Origin: Rhodothermia bacterium | Lineage (GTDB): Bacteria > Bacteroidota > Rhodothermia > Rhodothermales > UBA10348 | Assembly: GCA_036985715.1 (NCBI GenBank) | Contig: BTQE01000001.1 | Coordinates: forward strand, 3,577-67,576 | Direction of reading: 5' to 3' | Length of the DNA stretch: 64,000 nucleotides | Part shown: piece after piece, positions 31,143 through 40,183 of the stretch | Layout: each line of letters starts with the position of its first letter | Position numbering within the stretch: the stretch's first letter is position 1 | Translations under genes and position numbers: made by a program | The notes under the pieces: generated by a model | Database searches by the model: none | The model's input: only the letters and a program-made list of their open reading frames with translations | What the model was told of the DNA's origin: nothing

Positions 31143-32762
31143 ATGGATTCGGACCGTACTCCTCGAGGTAGTGACTTACTAGGTGACCACAGGCTGAATA
31201 AGTCGACGGCTTTTACTGTCGAAGAACGGGATCGGTACGGCTTGAGGGGCTTACTCCCCCACGGTGTGTTTCCGCAAGAGATGCAGAAGGCCCGGGTGCT
31301 TCAGAACATGCGGCGCAAAGTCTCTGACATAGGAAAGTATATCTTTCTCGGCGGTCTTCAGGATCGCAACGAGCGGCTTTTCTTCAGGACGGTTATTGAT
31401 GAGATTGACGAGATCATGCCACTCATCTACACACCAACCGTTGGTCAGGCTTGTCGCGAGTTTTCACACATCTTTCGTCGGCCCACCGGATTTCACATCT
31501 CGATAGACGACAAGGGCGATATCCGCCGGATTTTGGACAACTGGCCGAATGAGGACGTTCGAATCATCGTCATCACCGACGGTGAACGTATCCTGGGCCT
31601 GGGAGATCTGGGTGCCAATGGAATGGGGATTCCAGTCGGAAAACTCTCGCTTTATGTCGCCTGCGCCGGTATTCGTCCGGAGCAGTGTCTGCCTGTGATG
31701 CTGGATGTGGGTACTGACAACGACGAAATTCGAACCGATCCACTTTATCTCGGATATCCACATCGTCGCGTCCGTGGCCAGGCGTATCTAGATCTCGTCG
31801 AGGAATTCGTAAATGCCGTTCAGGACAAATTCCCACGAGCACTCATACAGTTCGAAGACTTCCTGACACCCAATGCGATTCTTCTTCTGGAGCTTTATCG
31901 CGATCGGATTCTCTGTTTCAACGATGATATCCAGGGTACGGCAGCGGTGGCTTTGGCAGGCGTCCATGCAGCGACCCGGATTTCGGGTATTGAATTCAAG
32001 AATCAACGGATTCTTTTTTTCGGTGCCGGATCGGCCGCAACGGGTATTGGAGAACTCATGGTGTCCTCGTTGGAAGAAGAGGGCCTCGAACGAAATGAGG
32101 CTTATGAACACATCTGGTTCATCGATTCCAAGGGACTCGTGGTATCCAGCAGGGACGATCTGGCGGAGCACAAAAAACCATTCGCGCATGATCATGAATG
32201 GATGACATTCGCTGATGCAGTACCCGAGATTAAGCCGCATGTTTTAATAGGGGTTGCAGGAAGAGGCGGGAGCTTTACGCAGGAAATCGTAGAAACAATG
32301 TCATCGGTCAACGAGAGGCCTACAATCTTTGCACTCTCCAATCCGACCTCCAAAGCGGAATGCACGGCCGAGCAGGCATATGAGTGGAGCGATGGGAGGG
32401 CCATCTTCGCAAGCGGCAGCCCATTCGGTCCGGTGGAGTACCGCGGTCGAACATTCAAACCGGGCCAGGGAAATAACTCGTATATCTTCCCGGGAGTGGG
32501 TCTGGGAATCATCGCATGCGGCGCGCGGCGGGTCACTGATGACATGTTCATGGCAGCCGCCAAGACGTTGGCAGGAATGGTTCACGAGGAAGACATAGGG
32601 GTGGGATCTCTGTTTCCACCCCTCTCATCCATTCGAAAGGTTTCTCTCCAAATAGCGATTGCCGTTGCGGAAGCAGCCTACGAAACAGGTCTGGCTACCG
32701 AGACAAGGCCGGAGAATCTCGAAGAACATATTGCCGGGTTGATGTACGATCCGACGTACTGA
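31143..32762 (+). CDS. NAD(P)-dependent malic enzyme
   Basis: VYTPTVG..., ...ITDGERILGLGDLG..., FNDDIQGTAAVALAG and GAGSAATGIGEL are hallmark malic-enzyme motifs. Confidence 0.9.
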   Translation: MDSDRTPRGSDLLGDHRLNKSTAFTVEERDRYGLRGLLPHGVFPQEMQKARVLQNMRRKVSDIGKYIFLGGLQDRNERLFFRTVIDEIDEIMPLIYTPTVGQACREFSHIFRRPTGFHISIDDKGDIRRILDNWPNEDVRIIVITDGERILGLGDLGANGMGIPVGKLSLYVACAGIRPEQCLPVMLDVGTDNDEIRTDPLYLGYPHRRVRGQAYLDLVEEFVNAVQDKFPRALIQFEDFLTPNAILLLELYRDRILCFNDDIQGTAAVALAGVHAATRISGIEFKNQRILFFGAGSAATGIGELMVSSLEEEGLERNEAYEHIWFIDSKGLVVSSRDDLAEHKKPFAHDHEWMTFADAVPEIKPHVLIGVAGRGGSFTQEIVETMSSVNERPTIFALSNPTSKAECTAEQAYEWSDGRAIFASGSPFGPVEYRGRTFKPGQGNNSYIFPGVGLGIIACGARRVTDDMFMAAAKTLAGMVHEEDIGVGSLFPPLSSIRKVSLQIAIAVAEAAYETGLATETRPENLEEHIAGLMYDPTY

Positions 32763-32768
32763 TTTGTC

Positions 32769-33173
32769 TCATTCTCCGGAGAACGTATAACACCACGCTT
32801 CTCCCTCAAGGACCAATTCTCCGTCCTGTCGTCGGACTTCAAACTTGATCTGAGTGACGGGTTTGCTCTCATGAACGCTTACGACCTCGGCCTCGGCGGT
32901 AATCGTATCTCCGATGAAAACGGGTGCGGTGAACTTCCAATTCTGACTCAGAAAAACAGTACCGGCTCCGGGCATATCCATGGCTACGAGGGCGTGTAGT
33001 AAACCGGTGGTTAGTCCTCCCTGAACAACCAGTTTGCCAAACCGGGTTTTCGCTGCGAATTGTTCATCGAAGTGAAGAGGATTCCGATCGCCACTGATCT
33101 CGGCAAATTTTTCTACATGGTCACTGGTGATGGTGATCGAGCGCGTTGCTTTTTGACCGACAGTTAGATTCAT
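32769..33173 (-). CDS. MaoC-like (R)-hydratase hot-dog protein
   Basis: 134 aa with the SGDRNPLHFDEQFA hydratase motif. Confidence 0.75.
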   Translation of the reverse strand: MNLTVGQKATRSITITSDHVEKFAEISGDRNPLHFDEQFAAKTRFGKLVVQGGLTTGLLHALVAMDMPGAGTVFLSQNWKFTAPVFIGDTITAEAEVVSVHESKPVTQIKFEVRRQDGELVLEGEAWCYTFSGE

Positions 33174-33301
33174 TCGTACTCCGGTATGCGTAAGACTATC
33201 CGCCTATTTCGTCCACATACGCTTGAATTCATGATCGTGCCACGAGACGCGAAGTGTTCCTTTATGCCGCCCCTAACCGGGTCACGTCCTCGATCGCGTA
33301 A

Positions 33302-34093
33302 TCATACTTTTTCTGCGACGACCGTCACGCTTTTAACACCGTACTTCTTGGTTGCACCCTGCGCGTCAGCGGAGATGAACTGATATTGAGGATTGTCTAC
33401 GAGTGTGACTACACGGAGCCCGGCCGCCTTCATTGCAGCGCGATAATCATCGATCTGCATTGCGCCACCAATACAGGCTGCCCAGTAGGTCGTATTACAG
33501 GTAATGCCCTCAGGCAGTTGTTGCTCAGAAACGATGTCGGACAGAGCGAGTCTTCCACCTTTCTTGAGGACTCGGGCGACTTCTTGAAAAACCTTCGACT
33601 TATCTGCAGCAAGATTAAAGACCCCGTTGCTGATGACGACGTCGAACGAATCATCACTACATGGAACGTCCTCCAGGTAGGCCTTCAAGTAGGACAGGTT
33701 TGAAACACCAGCCTCTTGTGCAAGACGCTTCGACTTGGCAAGTTGCTCATCCGTCATGTCAACGCCGACCACAATACCTTTTTCACCTACTTTCAAAACG
33801 GCCACAAACGTATCCATTCCGGATCCGCTTCCAAAGTCGATGACGCGTTCACCTTCGCGAATGTTCGCGGCATCAAAAAAGTATCCGACGCCTGCGAAAG
33901 ACTCGATTGATTCGGCTGGAATTCGGTCGAGATCTTCCGGTGAATATCCCAATCGCTCGGCCAGCTTGCGACCCATCTCGAAGTGGTATTCGCCATGTGG
34001 ATCGAGGGCAACATCGCGATACATGTCCTTAACTTTTTGTTCTAATTCGCTGGCGTCGATTGACGCGGCTGTCGTCACGCTTGAATCTGACAT
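33302..34093 (-). CDS. Class I SAM-dependent methyltransferase, ArsM-like but lacking two of the canonical As-binding cysteines
   Basis: VIDFGSGSGMD (motif I), DVVISNGVFNLAADK and RVLKKGGRLALSD are collinear with arsenite methyltransferases. ArsM 'GCGNP' is here FAGVGYF, and 'SNCVINL' is SNGVFNL. The third Cys (WAACIGGA) is retained. Confidence 0.6.
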   Translation of the reverse strand: MSDSSVTTAASIDASELEQKVKDMYRDVALDPHGEYHFEMGRKLAERLGYSPEDLDRIPAESIESFAGVGYFFDAANIREGERVIDFGSGSGMDTFVAVLKVGEKGIVVGVDMTDEQLAKSKRLAQEAGVSNLSYLKAYLEDVPCSDDSFDVVISNGVFNLAADKSKVFQEVARVLKKGGRLALSDIVSEQQLPEGITCNTTYWAACIGGAMQIDDYRAAMKAAGLRVVTLVDNPQYQFISADAQGATKKYGVKSVTVVAEKV

Positions 34094-34349
34094 CTTTCTA
34101 TCCGTTTTGAGTTTCTACAGTGAATCGATCTGGCAACAAAGACGAATACTCTGCCGGGCCAGAGTTTCCGTTTTGGTAGTTCGTGAAACGTACTCTGACC
34201 ACATCCATAAATCAACCCGTCGACTATTTCACTCGTGTCAAGACATCCGCCAGAGCGTTATTCAGGATGAGGAGTGTAACGAAATGGCTCAATCCTTTCA
34301 ATAGGTTCACCAGTTCCGCGGTAACCTATCGGGGAGCATGCTGAGTGTA

Positions 34350-34874
34350 CTATCGCTGGGCGCCGAACACCTGCGTCCAGTAAGACTGATAGGTAGATGT
34401 GCTGTTGAAAACGACGGCCATACCGACTTCCTTAAAGTTGGGATCCATAATTAATCGGCAGTGCCCGGGGCTGTCGAGCCAGGCTGTCATTGCGCGCTCG
34501 GCCTCGGTATAGCCACCATAAATATTTTCTCCGACCGTTCGCCAGCTATAGGCTGTCGCGGTTACTCGATCGGCTACTGTTGAGCCATCAGAACCTGTAT
34601 GGCTGAAGAAATCCCCGAAGGCCATGTCTTCGGAATGCGACTGTGCTGCCGTTGCAAGTTTGCTGTTCCAGGTGACAGGCGATGTGGCTGCGTGTTGCGA
34701 GGCACCGCAGGATCGCGCAGTTGCGCGCGCTGCGTTGACCAGAGAGACCAAATCGAGTTCAGATGTACTGGCAGACTCTACTTGCTCTAGTTCGTCCGCC
34801 GATTCGACTGGACTTAATGAATCGCAGGCGGTGAACACAGAAACAACCAATATTGCTGCTACCAGGCGTATCAT
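34350..34874 (-). CDS. CAP/SCP (PR-1-like) domain lipoprotein
   Basis: MIRLVAAILVVSVFTACDS lipoprotein signal. HSEDMA...FSHTG, ...GENIYGG... and WLDSPGHCRLIM are CAP-domain motifs. ATG 34874 is preferred over the track start 35006. Confidence 0.75.
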   Translation of the reverse strand: MIRLVAAILVVSVFTACDSLSPVESADELEQVESASTSELDLVSLVNAARATARSCGASQHAATSPVTWNSKLATAAQSHSEDMAFGDFFSHTGSDGSTVADRVTATAYSWRTVGENIYGGYTEAERAMTAWLDSPGHCRLIMDPNFKEVGMAVVFNSTSTYQSYWTQVFGAQR

Positions 34875-34983
34875 TTTTTTCGTCGCCAAACGCGTTCTTA
34901 GCCGTTGGTGTCGGCAGATGATGTCTTTCTGTCTAGACCGCTTGAATTTCGAGTGCCAGCGGTCGGGATGATCCGGCGTTGGA

Positions 34984-35580
34984 CTAGTCCGTGGCACCCT
35001 GCTCAATCATTGTGAGGTCTCTGTCGGCTTCGCTGCATGATTGTCGCGCGGCACTGCCACACGAAGTACAGACTCTAATCTTGCTGAGTACTGAATTGAT
35101 GGATGGTGGCTCAGTGGGCAGAGGTAGAGAGCCTCCCTTTGACATGATGCTTCTCGATTGTTTCTGGAGTCTTTGCATACCATCCAGACACCGGCGAGTC
35201 AGTGTCAAATTATCGCTGTTTCGCAATGCCTCCATTGACCGGCCCGCTCGAATGAGTCGCCTGAGTTCCATGATAAGCCATTGTACAGTCACGCTTTCCG
35301 AGTATTCGCTCGTCGCAGCAACCGCTGGATTCGAATGAGCTGAGATTGGGGCTGAGCTGCCTCCGACCGATCCGTAGTCCGTTTCGAAGTAATCGAGATC
35401 CTGGGTTGGTTCTTCTACGTATTCTGTCGTCTCACGAGAATTGGCCGCCGAGACATTCGAGGCTTGATGTGACGAGACGTTATCACCCAGAATCAAATAA
35501 GCCATGAGGCCCGAAAATAGGACCAGGATCACTAGAGCAATCTTAGTCTCTTTGGTCCAGAAGGCGTTTTTTTCAGTCAT
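34984..35580 (-). CDS. Membrane-anchored protein with C-terminal 4-Cys domain (uncharacterised); paralog of 35896-36150
   Basis: N-terminal TM (IALVILVLFSGLMAYLIL), a low-complexity linker, then an approx 80-aa domain C-x39-C-x2-C-x7-C. That domain aligns without gaps to the next ORF. Confidence 0.6.
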   Translation of the reverse strand: MTEKNAFWTKETKIALVILVLFSGLMAYLILGDNVSSHQASNVSAANSRETTEYVEEPTQDLDYFETDYGSVGGSSAPISAHSNPAVAATSEYSESVTVQWLIMELRRLIRAGRSMEALRNSDNLTLTRRCLDGMQRLQKQSRSIMSKGGSLPLPTEPPSINSVLSKIRVCTSCGSAARQSCSEADRDLTMIEQGATD

Positions 35581-35672
35581 TGACGCCGAAGGGTCGATTA
35601 TTGAGTGGAACGCTTGAAAACGCGAAAATCCCGATCAGTATCGTTAGTATCGCGTCAACGACTGTTTTGTAT

Positions 35673-35690
35673 ATACGTAGTTCTACGTAT
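35673..35690. promoter_or_regulatory. Perfect inverted repeat ATACGTAG-TT-CTACGTAT (candidate operator) upstream of 34984-35580
   Basis: Seen directly: 8-bp arms with a 2-nt spacer, about 95-110 nt upstream of the ATG at 35580 on the minus strand. Confidence 0.3.
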
Positions 35691-35791
35691 TTGCAACGGA
35701 CACTACTGCGTGTAAGTAATTGTGATTGCAAGATATACGCATAACAATCAGAATCGACGCAAGCAGTTGAATTTCTCTCTTCAGAGACCTT

Positions 35792-35809
35792 GAAAGATAT
35801 GCGACGAGA
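35792..35809. repeat. 18-nt motif GAAAG-NN-ATGCGACGAGA, copy 1
   Basis: Same motif and internal spacing as at 36343-36360. It lies about 210-230 nt upstream of the ORF at 34984-35580. Confidence 0.5.
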
Positions 35810-35895
35810 CCTTGGAACACTGCTATAATTTCGTACTCAGTAATCAAGCCGCCTGGCGTCTACAACTCCGGTCTGTACAAGGGCTCAGAAAGAGG

Positions 35896-36150
35896 TTAAT
35901 CCATACTGAGGCTTCGAGCGATCACATCGAGGTCTTTCTGAGCAAGATCACAGGCCTGTTTTGCATCTCCTCCGCAGGAAACACACTTCATGACGTTGCT
36001 GAAAACTTCGTCGAGAGAAAGTGATCGTGTTGGCACCGCAAGATTTCTTCTACGTGTCATAATGGCTCTGGCTTCCGCTTGAAGCTTTTGCATACCGTCA
36101 TAACATCGACGTCTCAGGGACCGGTTAGGGATATTTCGGAGGGCTTTCAT
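35896..36150 (-). CDS. Small 4-Cys domain protein (84 aa), paralog of the C-terminal domain of 34984-35580
   Basis: 36 of 79 positions are identical in a gapless hand alignment (ALRN, RRC.DGMQ.LQ, IM, PT, C.SCG..A.Q.C, DL..I). It has no signal peptide or TM. Confidence 0.55.
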   Translation of the reverse strand: MKALRNIPNRSLRRRCYDGMQKLQAEARAIMTRRRNLAVPTRSLSLDEVFSNVMKCVSCGGDAKQACDLAQKDLDVIARSLSMD

Positions 36151-36342
36151 TCGAACTCGCTCTCGCGAAGGAACCTATCGAAGAGAAACGGGCCATTTTA
36201 GGCTGTGTGGTTTGTTGTCCTTCCCTTTTTTGAGGATAACCGACGGATTAATTCCTCCGAACAGCAGGATTATGGCTGTCTGTTAGGACTGAATAGGTAG
36301 AAAAAGTCCGAAATCGCCTTATCCGAGGATAGCAGATTGACC

Positions 36343-36360
36343 GAAAGCCATGCGACGAGA
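36343..36360. repeat. 18-nt motif GAAAG-NN-ATGCGACGAGA, copy 2
   Basis: It lies about 195-210 nt upstream of the ORF at 35896-36150, 551 nt from copy 1. The two ORF starts are 570 nt apart. Confidence 0.5.
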
Positions 36361-36461
36361 GTATCACCTTATCGCCCGGCATCATATTCTTCCTCCAGAT
36401 GTCCTAGATTGGTCAGGGTCTTGGTGCGGTTGCCAGGCAATTCAGGGTGAAGCGAGTCTCG

Positions 36462-37664
36462 ATGATGTCGAATTTCCACTTTTCCAGGCGCGGATTCTTC
36501 CAGATGACCGTTGGTAGCGCGTTGTCAGGACTCTGGGCAGCTTTAGGATTTCAAGCATCGAAAGCCAGGTCTCTTGGAAATACGAATCTCGGTGACCGCG
36601 CTCGCCTCAGAGAGCTTGGAATCACCATCGGTCGTCTACCTACCGGTCCGCATAATGCGATCACAGACGTTGATGGTGTTCGGGTTGGTCACAAGACCAA
36701 TATTTCTGGCTCCGGTGAACTGATCGTGGGGGAAGGTCCGATCCGCACTGGAGTGACGGCCATTCTTCCACGTTCAGGGAATGTATATCGAGAGAAACTG
36801 CCAGTCGGTGGCTTCATTCTAAATGGCAACGGAGAGCTGACGGGACTTCTAAACGCGCTGAACGGTGGGCTTCTCGAAACTCCCATCTTTCTAACCGGGA
36901 CCGCGAATGTGGGAATCGTCTATGATGCTGCACTTTCCTATTTGCTTCAGGAACATCCTGAAATAGGCGTCACGGATAGAGTCCCCGTGCCCGTTGTTGG
37001 AGAAAGTTGGGATAGCCTCGGTGACATTCAGGGAAGACATCTCTCGGAGAGTGACGTCTTTAGTGCCATTGCGAGCGCGGCAGACGGACCGGTGGAAGAA
37101 GGCGCAGTCGGTGGGGGTACTGGAATGCGTTCCTACGGATTCAAATCGGGGATCGGTACTTCCTCTCGCATGATCCCGGCGAATCGAGGCGCATATACCG
37201 TGGGCGTTCTTGTTAACGCCAACCACGGATCGAGACATCTTCTCCGCGTTGACGGCGTACCCGTTGGAGAGGAGCTCCTGCAATATCCGGAAGACGAGGT
37301 GAAGAAATCCAAATCGATCATCATCGTGGCCGCGACTGACGCTCCCCTTCTTCCTATTCAGTTGAATCGGCTGTGCAAACGCCTCGCCTTGGGCCTGGCA
37401 AAAACAGGATCCGTCTCGACGCACGGAAGCGGCGATGTCTTTATCGCCTTCTCGACGGTTCCTCGCAATGCGGATGGAAACGTTCTGTGGACGGGTGAAA
37501 ACGTCGTCAGCAGCCTCTGGGAGGCTGCTTCGGAAGCGACGGAAGAGGCGGTTCTTAATGCACTGACGGCGGCGCATACAATGGACGGCGCGAATGGCTC
37601 AGTTCGGTATGCATTGCCACTCGACCGACTCACTGAGATCATGAAAAAGTATAATCGACTGTAG
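36462..37664 (+). CDS. P1-family peptidase (DmpA/BapA, MEROPS S58-type aminopeptidase) with Tat signal
   Basis: SRRGFFQMTVGSALSGLWAALG is a twin-arginine signal. NAITDVDGVRVGH, GGGTGMRSYGFKSGIGTSS and K-SIIIVAATDAPL (self-processing nucleophile context) are DmpA-family motifs. The track start is GTG 36447. Confidence 0.75.
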   Translation: MMSNFHFSRRGFFQMTVGSALSGLWAALGFQASKARSLGNTNLGDRARLRELGITIGRLPTGPHNAITDVDGVRVGHKTNISGSGELIVGEGPIRTGVTAILPRSGNVYREKLPVGGFILNGNGELTGLLNALNGGLLETPIFLTGTANVGIVYDAALSYLLQEHPEIGVTDRVPVPVVGESWDSLGDIQGRHLSESDVFSAIASAADGPVEEGAVGGGTGMRSYGFKSGIGTSSRMIPANRGAYTVGVLVNANHGSRHLLRVDGVPVGEELLQYPEDEVKKSKSIIIVAATDAPLLPIQLNRLCKRLALGLAKTGSVSTHGSGDVFIAFSTVPRNADGNVLWTGENVVSSLWEAASEATEEAVLNALTAAHTMDGANGSVRYALPLDRLTEIMKKYNRL

Positions 37665-37671
37665 CCGGAGT

Positions 37672-38721
37672 ATGAGCACCCATGCAAATCATATTGGAAG
37701 GGCTCGCGAGCTCCGTGTCATGATCGGTACGCTTCCGACCGGCGAGAACAATTCAATTACGGATGTGAGCGGGGTTCATGTTGGTCATCTGTCGATTTCA
37801 GAGGGGGAGATTCAGACGGGCATCACAGTCGTATCCCCATATGCGGCAACCGATGAAAACGCACTCTATTTCTATGGGAAATATATTGATGGTTCCGGCG
37901 GTGAGATGACGGGCTATTCGGTAATGGATGATTTTGGGCTCCTTGCTTCTCCGGTGTTCATGGCAAATCTACTTAGCGTCGGAAGAATATATAATGGTGC
38001 CATCACGTACGGATTCACAAGGGGAAGGGGGCTTTCGACAAGTGGCGGCTGGCCGCCTATCGTGATGGGATTCGACGATCGAGTCCTCAACAACATGACG
38101 GCTCGTCGACTAACCGAAGACCACGCGCTGGAAGCACTTGACGGCGCATCGTCTGACAACGCTGAGGTGGGTAACGTGGGCGCGGGTGTCGGCGCTGTAT
38201 CCTTCGGGTTTAAAGGGGGCATCGGAACTTCGTCGCGAGTAATAGAAGCAGCGGGGAAGATGTATACCGTCGGTTCGCTGGTCCTGGCAAACTACGGTTC
38301 ATACGCCGAGTACCCGGACGAATCTGAAGCGAACCCGACCGAGAATCTGTTTCCGTCGCTACTCGGAGTGGTAGCGACAGATGCCGCGCTTCCGTCTCCC
38401 GTACTTGACACCCTGGCCGCTGGCGCCGCTTACGGGGCCGCTCAATTCGGCTCCACCCGGAAGCCCGCCGGCTCCTACCAGATTGTATCATTCTCGACGG
38501 GTATTACCGTTCGAGAACCGAACAGTGATGGGATCTACAATCTGGAATTCGCTCCCGATGTCACACACACTGAACTCCGCCAGGGCGCTCGCGAGGCCAC
38601 CACGGGGGCTGTTCTAAGTGCACTCTCCGCCGCCAAGACGCTAACAGGTTCGGAGGGAAGAACAGCATATTCGATGTCCGATGAGATGATTGGGAAATTG
38701 ATACGGGTGGCGAATGACTGA
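37672..38721 (+). CDS. P1-family peptidase (DmpA/BapA type), cytoplasmic paralog
   Basis: NSITDVSGVHVGH, GAGVGAVSFGFKGGIGTSS, SLLGVVATDAAL. No signal peptide. Confidence 0.75.
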   Translation: MSTHANHIGRARELRVMIGTLPTGENNSITDVSGVHVGHLSISEGEIQTGITVVSPYAATDENALYFYGKYIDGSGGEMTGYSVMDDFGLLASPVFMANLLSVGRIYNGAITYGFTRGRGLSTSGGWPPIVMGFDDRVLNNMTARRLTEDHALEALDGASSDNAEVGNVGAGVGAVSFGFKGGIGTSSRVIEAAGKMYTVGSLVLANYGSYAEYPDESEANPTENLFPSLLGVVATDAALPSPVLDTLAAGAAYGAAQFGSTRKPAGSYQIVSFSTGITVREPNSDGIYNLEFAPDVTHTELRQGAREATTGAVLSALSAAKTLTGSEGRTAYSMSDEMIGKLIRVAND

Positions 38722-40183
38722 GGTCTACATAGGCATTGCAGTCTACTTGCTGACCATGTTGGGTATTGGTTACATGGCGAGTCGGCGAGTCACGAATGCG
38801 GCTGACTTTCTTGTCGCGGGGCGTAGCCTTCCTCTCTGGTTGACTGTTGGCACGCTGTCTGCGACATGGTTCGGCGGGGGAACGGTTCTGGGGGCTGCCG
38901 GCACAGCTTATGAAAAGGGTTTTATCGGTGTGATTGCAGATCCGTTTGGGGCGGCTCTCTGTCTTCTTTTGGCGGGCCTCTTCTTCGCTCGGATGATACG
39001 GCGAATGTCCGCGATGACGGTTGTCGACGTGTTTGATTCTCGGTATGACAAGAGAACTGGATTCCTTGCCGCCGTTGCAACGATTATCATTTACGTAGGC
39101 TGGACAGGCGCCCTTCTTGTATCGTTTGGGTTCGTTCTTCAGACGCTCACTGGTATTTCTACGGAGTGGGCGATCGGAATCGGTACAGCGATCACACTCA
39201 TCTATACCATGGTCGGGGGAATGTGGGCTGTTGCCTGGACTGACTTCCTGCAAATCATTCTGGTTATAGTGGGCCTGCTGATTGCGTTTCCAGTTCTGAT
39301 CAAGGAAGCCGGTGGTATAGAAGCCATTCTTTCGCGCCTTCCTGAAGGAAGCTTTTCAATGACTCCGGAAGTTGGAGGGTTTTCGAACTGGTTGTTCTAC
39401 ATACGAGCATGGATCGTCATTGGGCTCGGTAATATTGCAGGACAGGACTTGATGCAGCGTTGTCTGGCGGCCAAGGATGAGAAGACGGCTCAAACCGGAT
39501 TGTACATTTCCAGTGGCGTTTATCTGACGTTCGGCTTAATCCCGATTTCCATCGGACTGATAGGGACCATTTTGATGCCGGATATCGAAAATGCCGAATT
39601 CATCGTGCCCTTGCTCGTGATGGAGTATCTGCCCACAACCGTTGTCGTGATTTTCGTCAGCGCACTCCTTGCGGCCGTCATGAGCAGCGCGGACAGCGCC
39701 ATTCTGGCAACCTCGAGCGTTATCGGAAAGAACTTGATTCCGTATGCCAGGCCGGATGCGACAGACGCGAATATTCTGAAGTGGTCTCGATGGAGCGTAC
39801 CCGTCGTGACTATCCTTGCTCTGATGGTGGCGCTGTATTTCCAGAACATATACAACCTCCTGATTAATGCATTTTCTATCGCCCTGGTTTCGCTCTTTGT
39901 GCCTTTAACGGCGGCTATCTGGTGGAAAAAGGCCAATATTCCTGGCGCGTTGGCTTCTATGATCGTGGGTCTCGTCTTCTGGGTTGTCGTTCCGTTCTTT
40001 ACGCGTGCTATACCGTCGGACCTCTTTGGGTTGGTGATGGGGATCATTGCCCTCGTCGTTGTAAGCTTGGCCACTCAGCGCTCAAATGAACCCCGACCTC
40101 TACGAAATGCTGACGGCTCGGAACTCGCACTGGAGCGCCGTTTTGGAAACTTAAGTCCTTTCGGGCCGGAGACCACTGAGTGA
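38714..40183 (+). CDS. Sodium:solute symporter (SSS family)
   Basis: 489 aa with about 13 TM. ...FLVAGRSLPLWL...ATWFGGG... is a typical SSS N-terminal signature. It overlaps the upstream gene by 8 nt. Confidence 0.8.
   Translation: MTEVYIGIAVYLLTMLGIGYMASRRVTNAADFLVAGRSLPLWLTVGTLSATWFGGGTVLGAAGTAYEKGFIGVIADPFGAALCLLLAGLFFARMIRRMSAMTVVDVFDSRYDKRTGFLAAVATIIIYVGWTGALLVSFGFVLQTLTGISTEWAIGIGTAITLIYTMVGGMWAVAWTDFLQIILVIVGLLIAFPVLIKEAGGIEAILSRLPEGSFSMTPEVGGFSNWLFYIRAWIVIGLGNIAGQDLMQRCLAAKDEKTAQTGLYISSGVYLTFGLIPISIGLIGTILMPDIENAEFIVPLLVMEYLPTTVVVIFVSALLAAVMSSADSAILATSSVIGKNLIPYARPDATDANILKWSRWSVPVVTILALMVALYFQNIYNLLINAFSIALVSLFVPLTAAIWWKKANIPGALASMIVGLVFWVVVPFFTRAIPSDLFGLVMGIIALVVVSLATQRSNEPRPLRNADGSELALERRFGNLSPFGPETTE

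Noticed and set aside
38561-39253. 230-aa minus-strand ORF overlapping the DmpA2/SSS junction
   Set aside because: It is antisense to the symporter. The translation is a highly basic, low-complexity sequence with no TM or domain signature.
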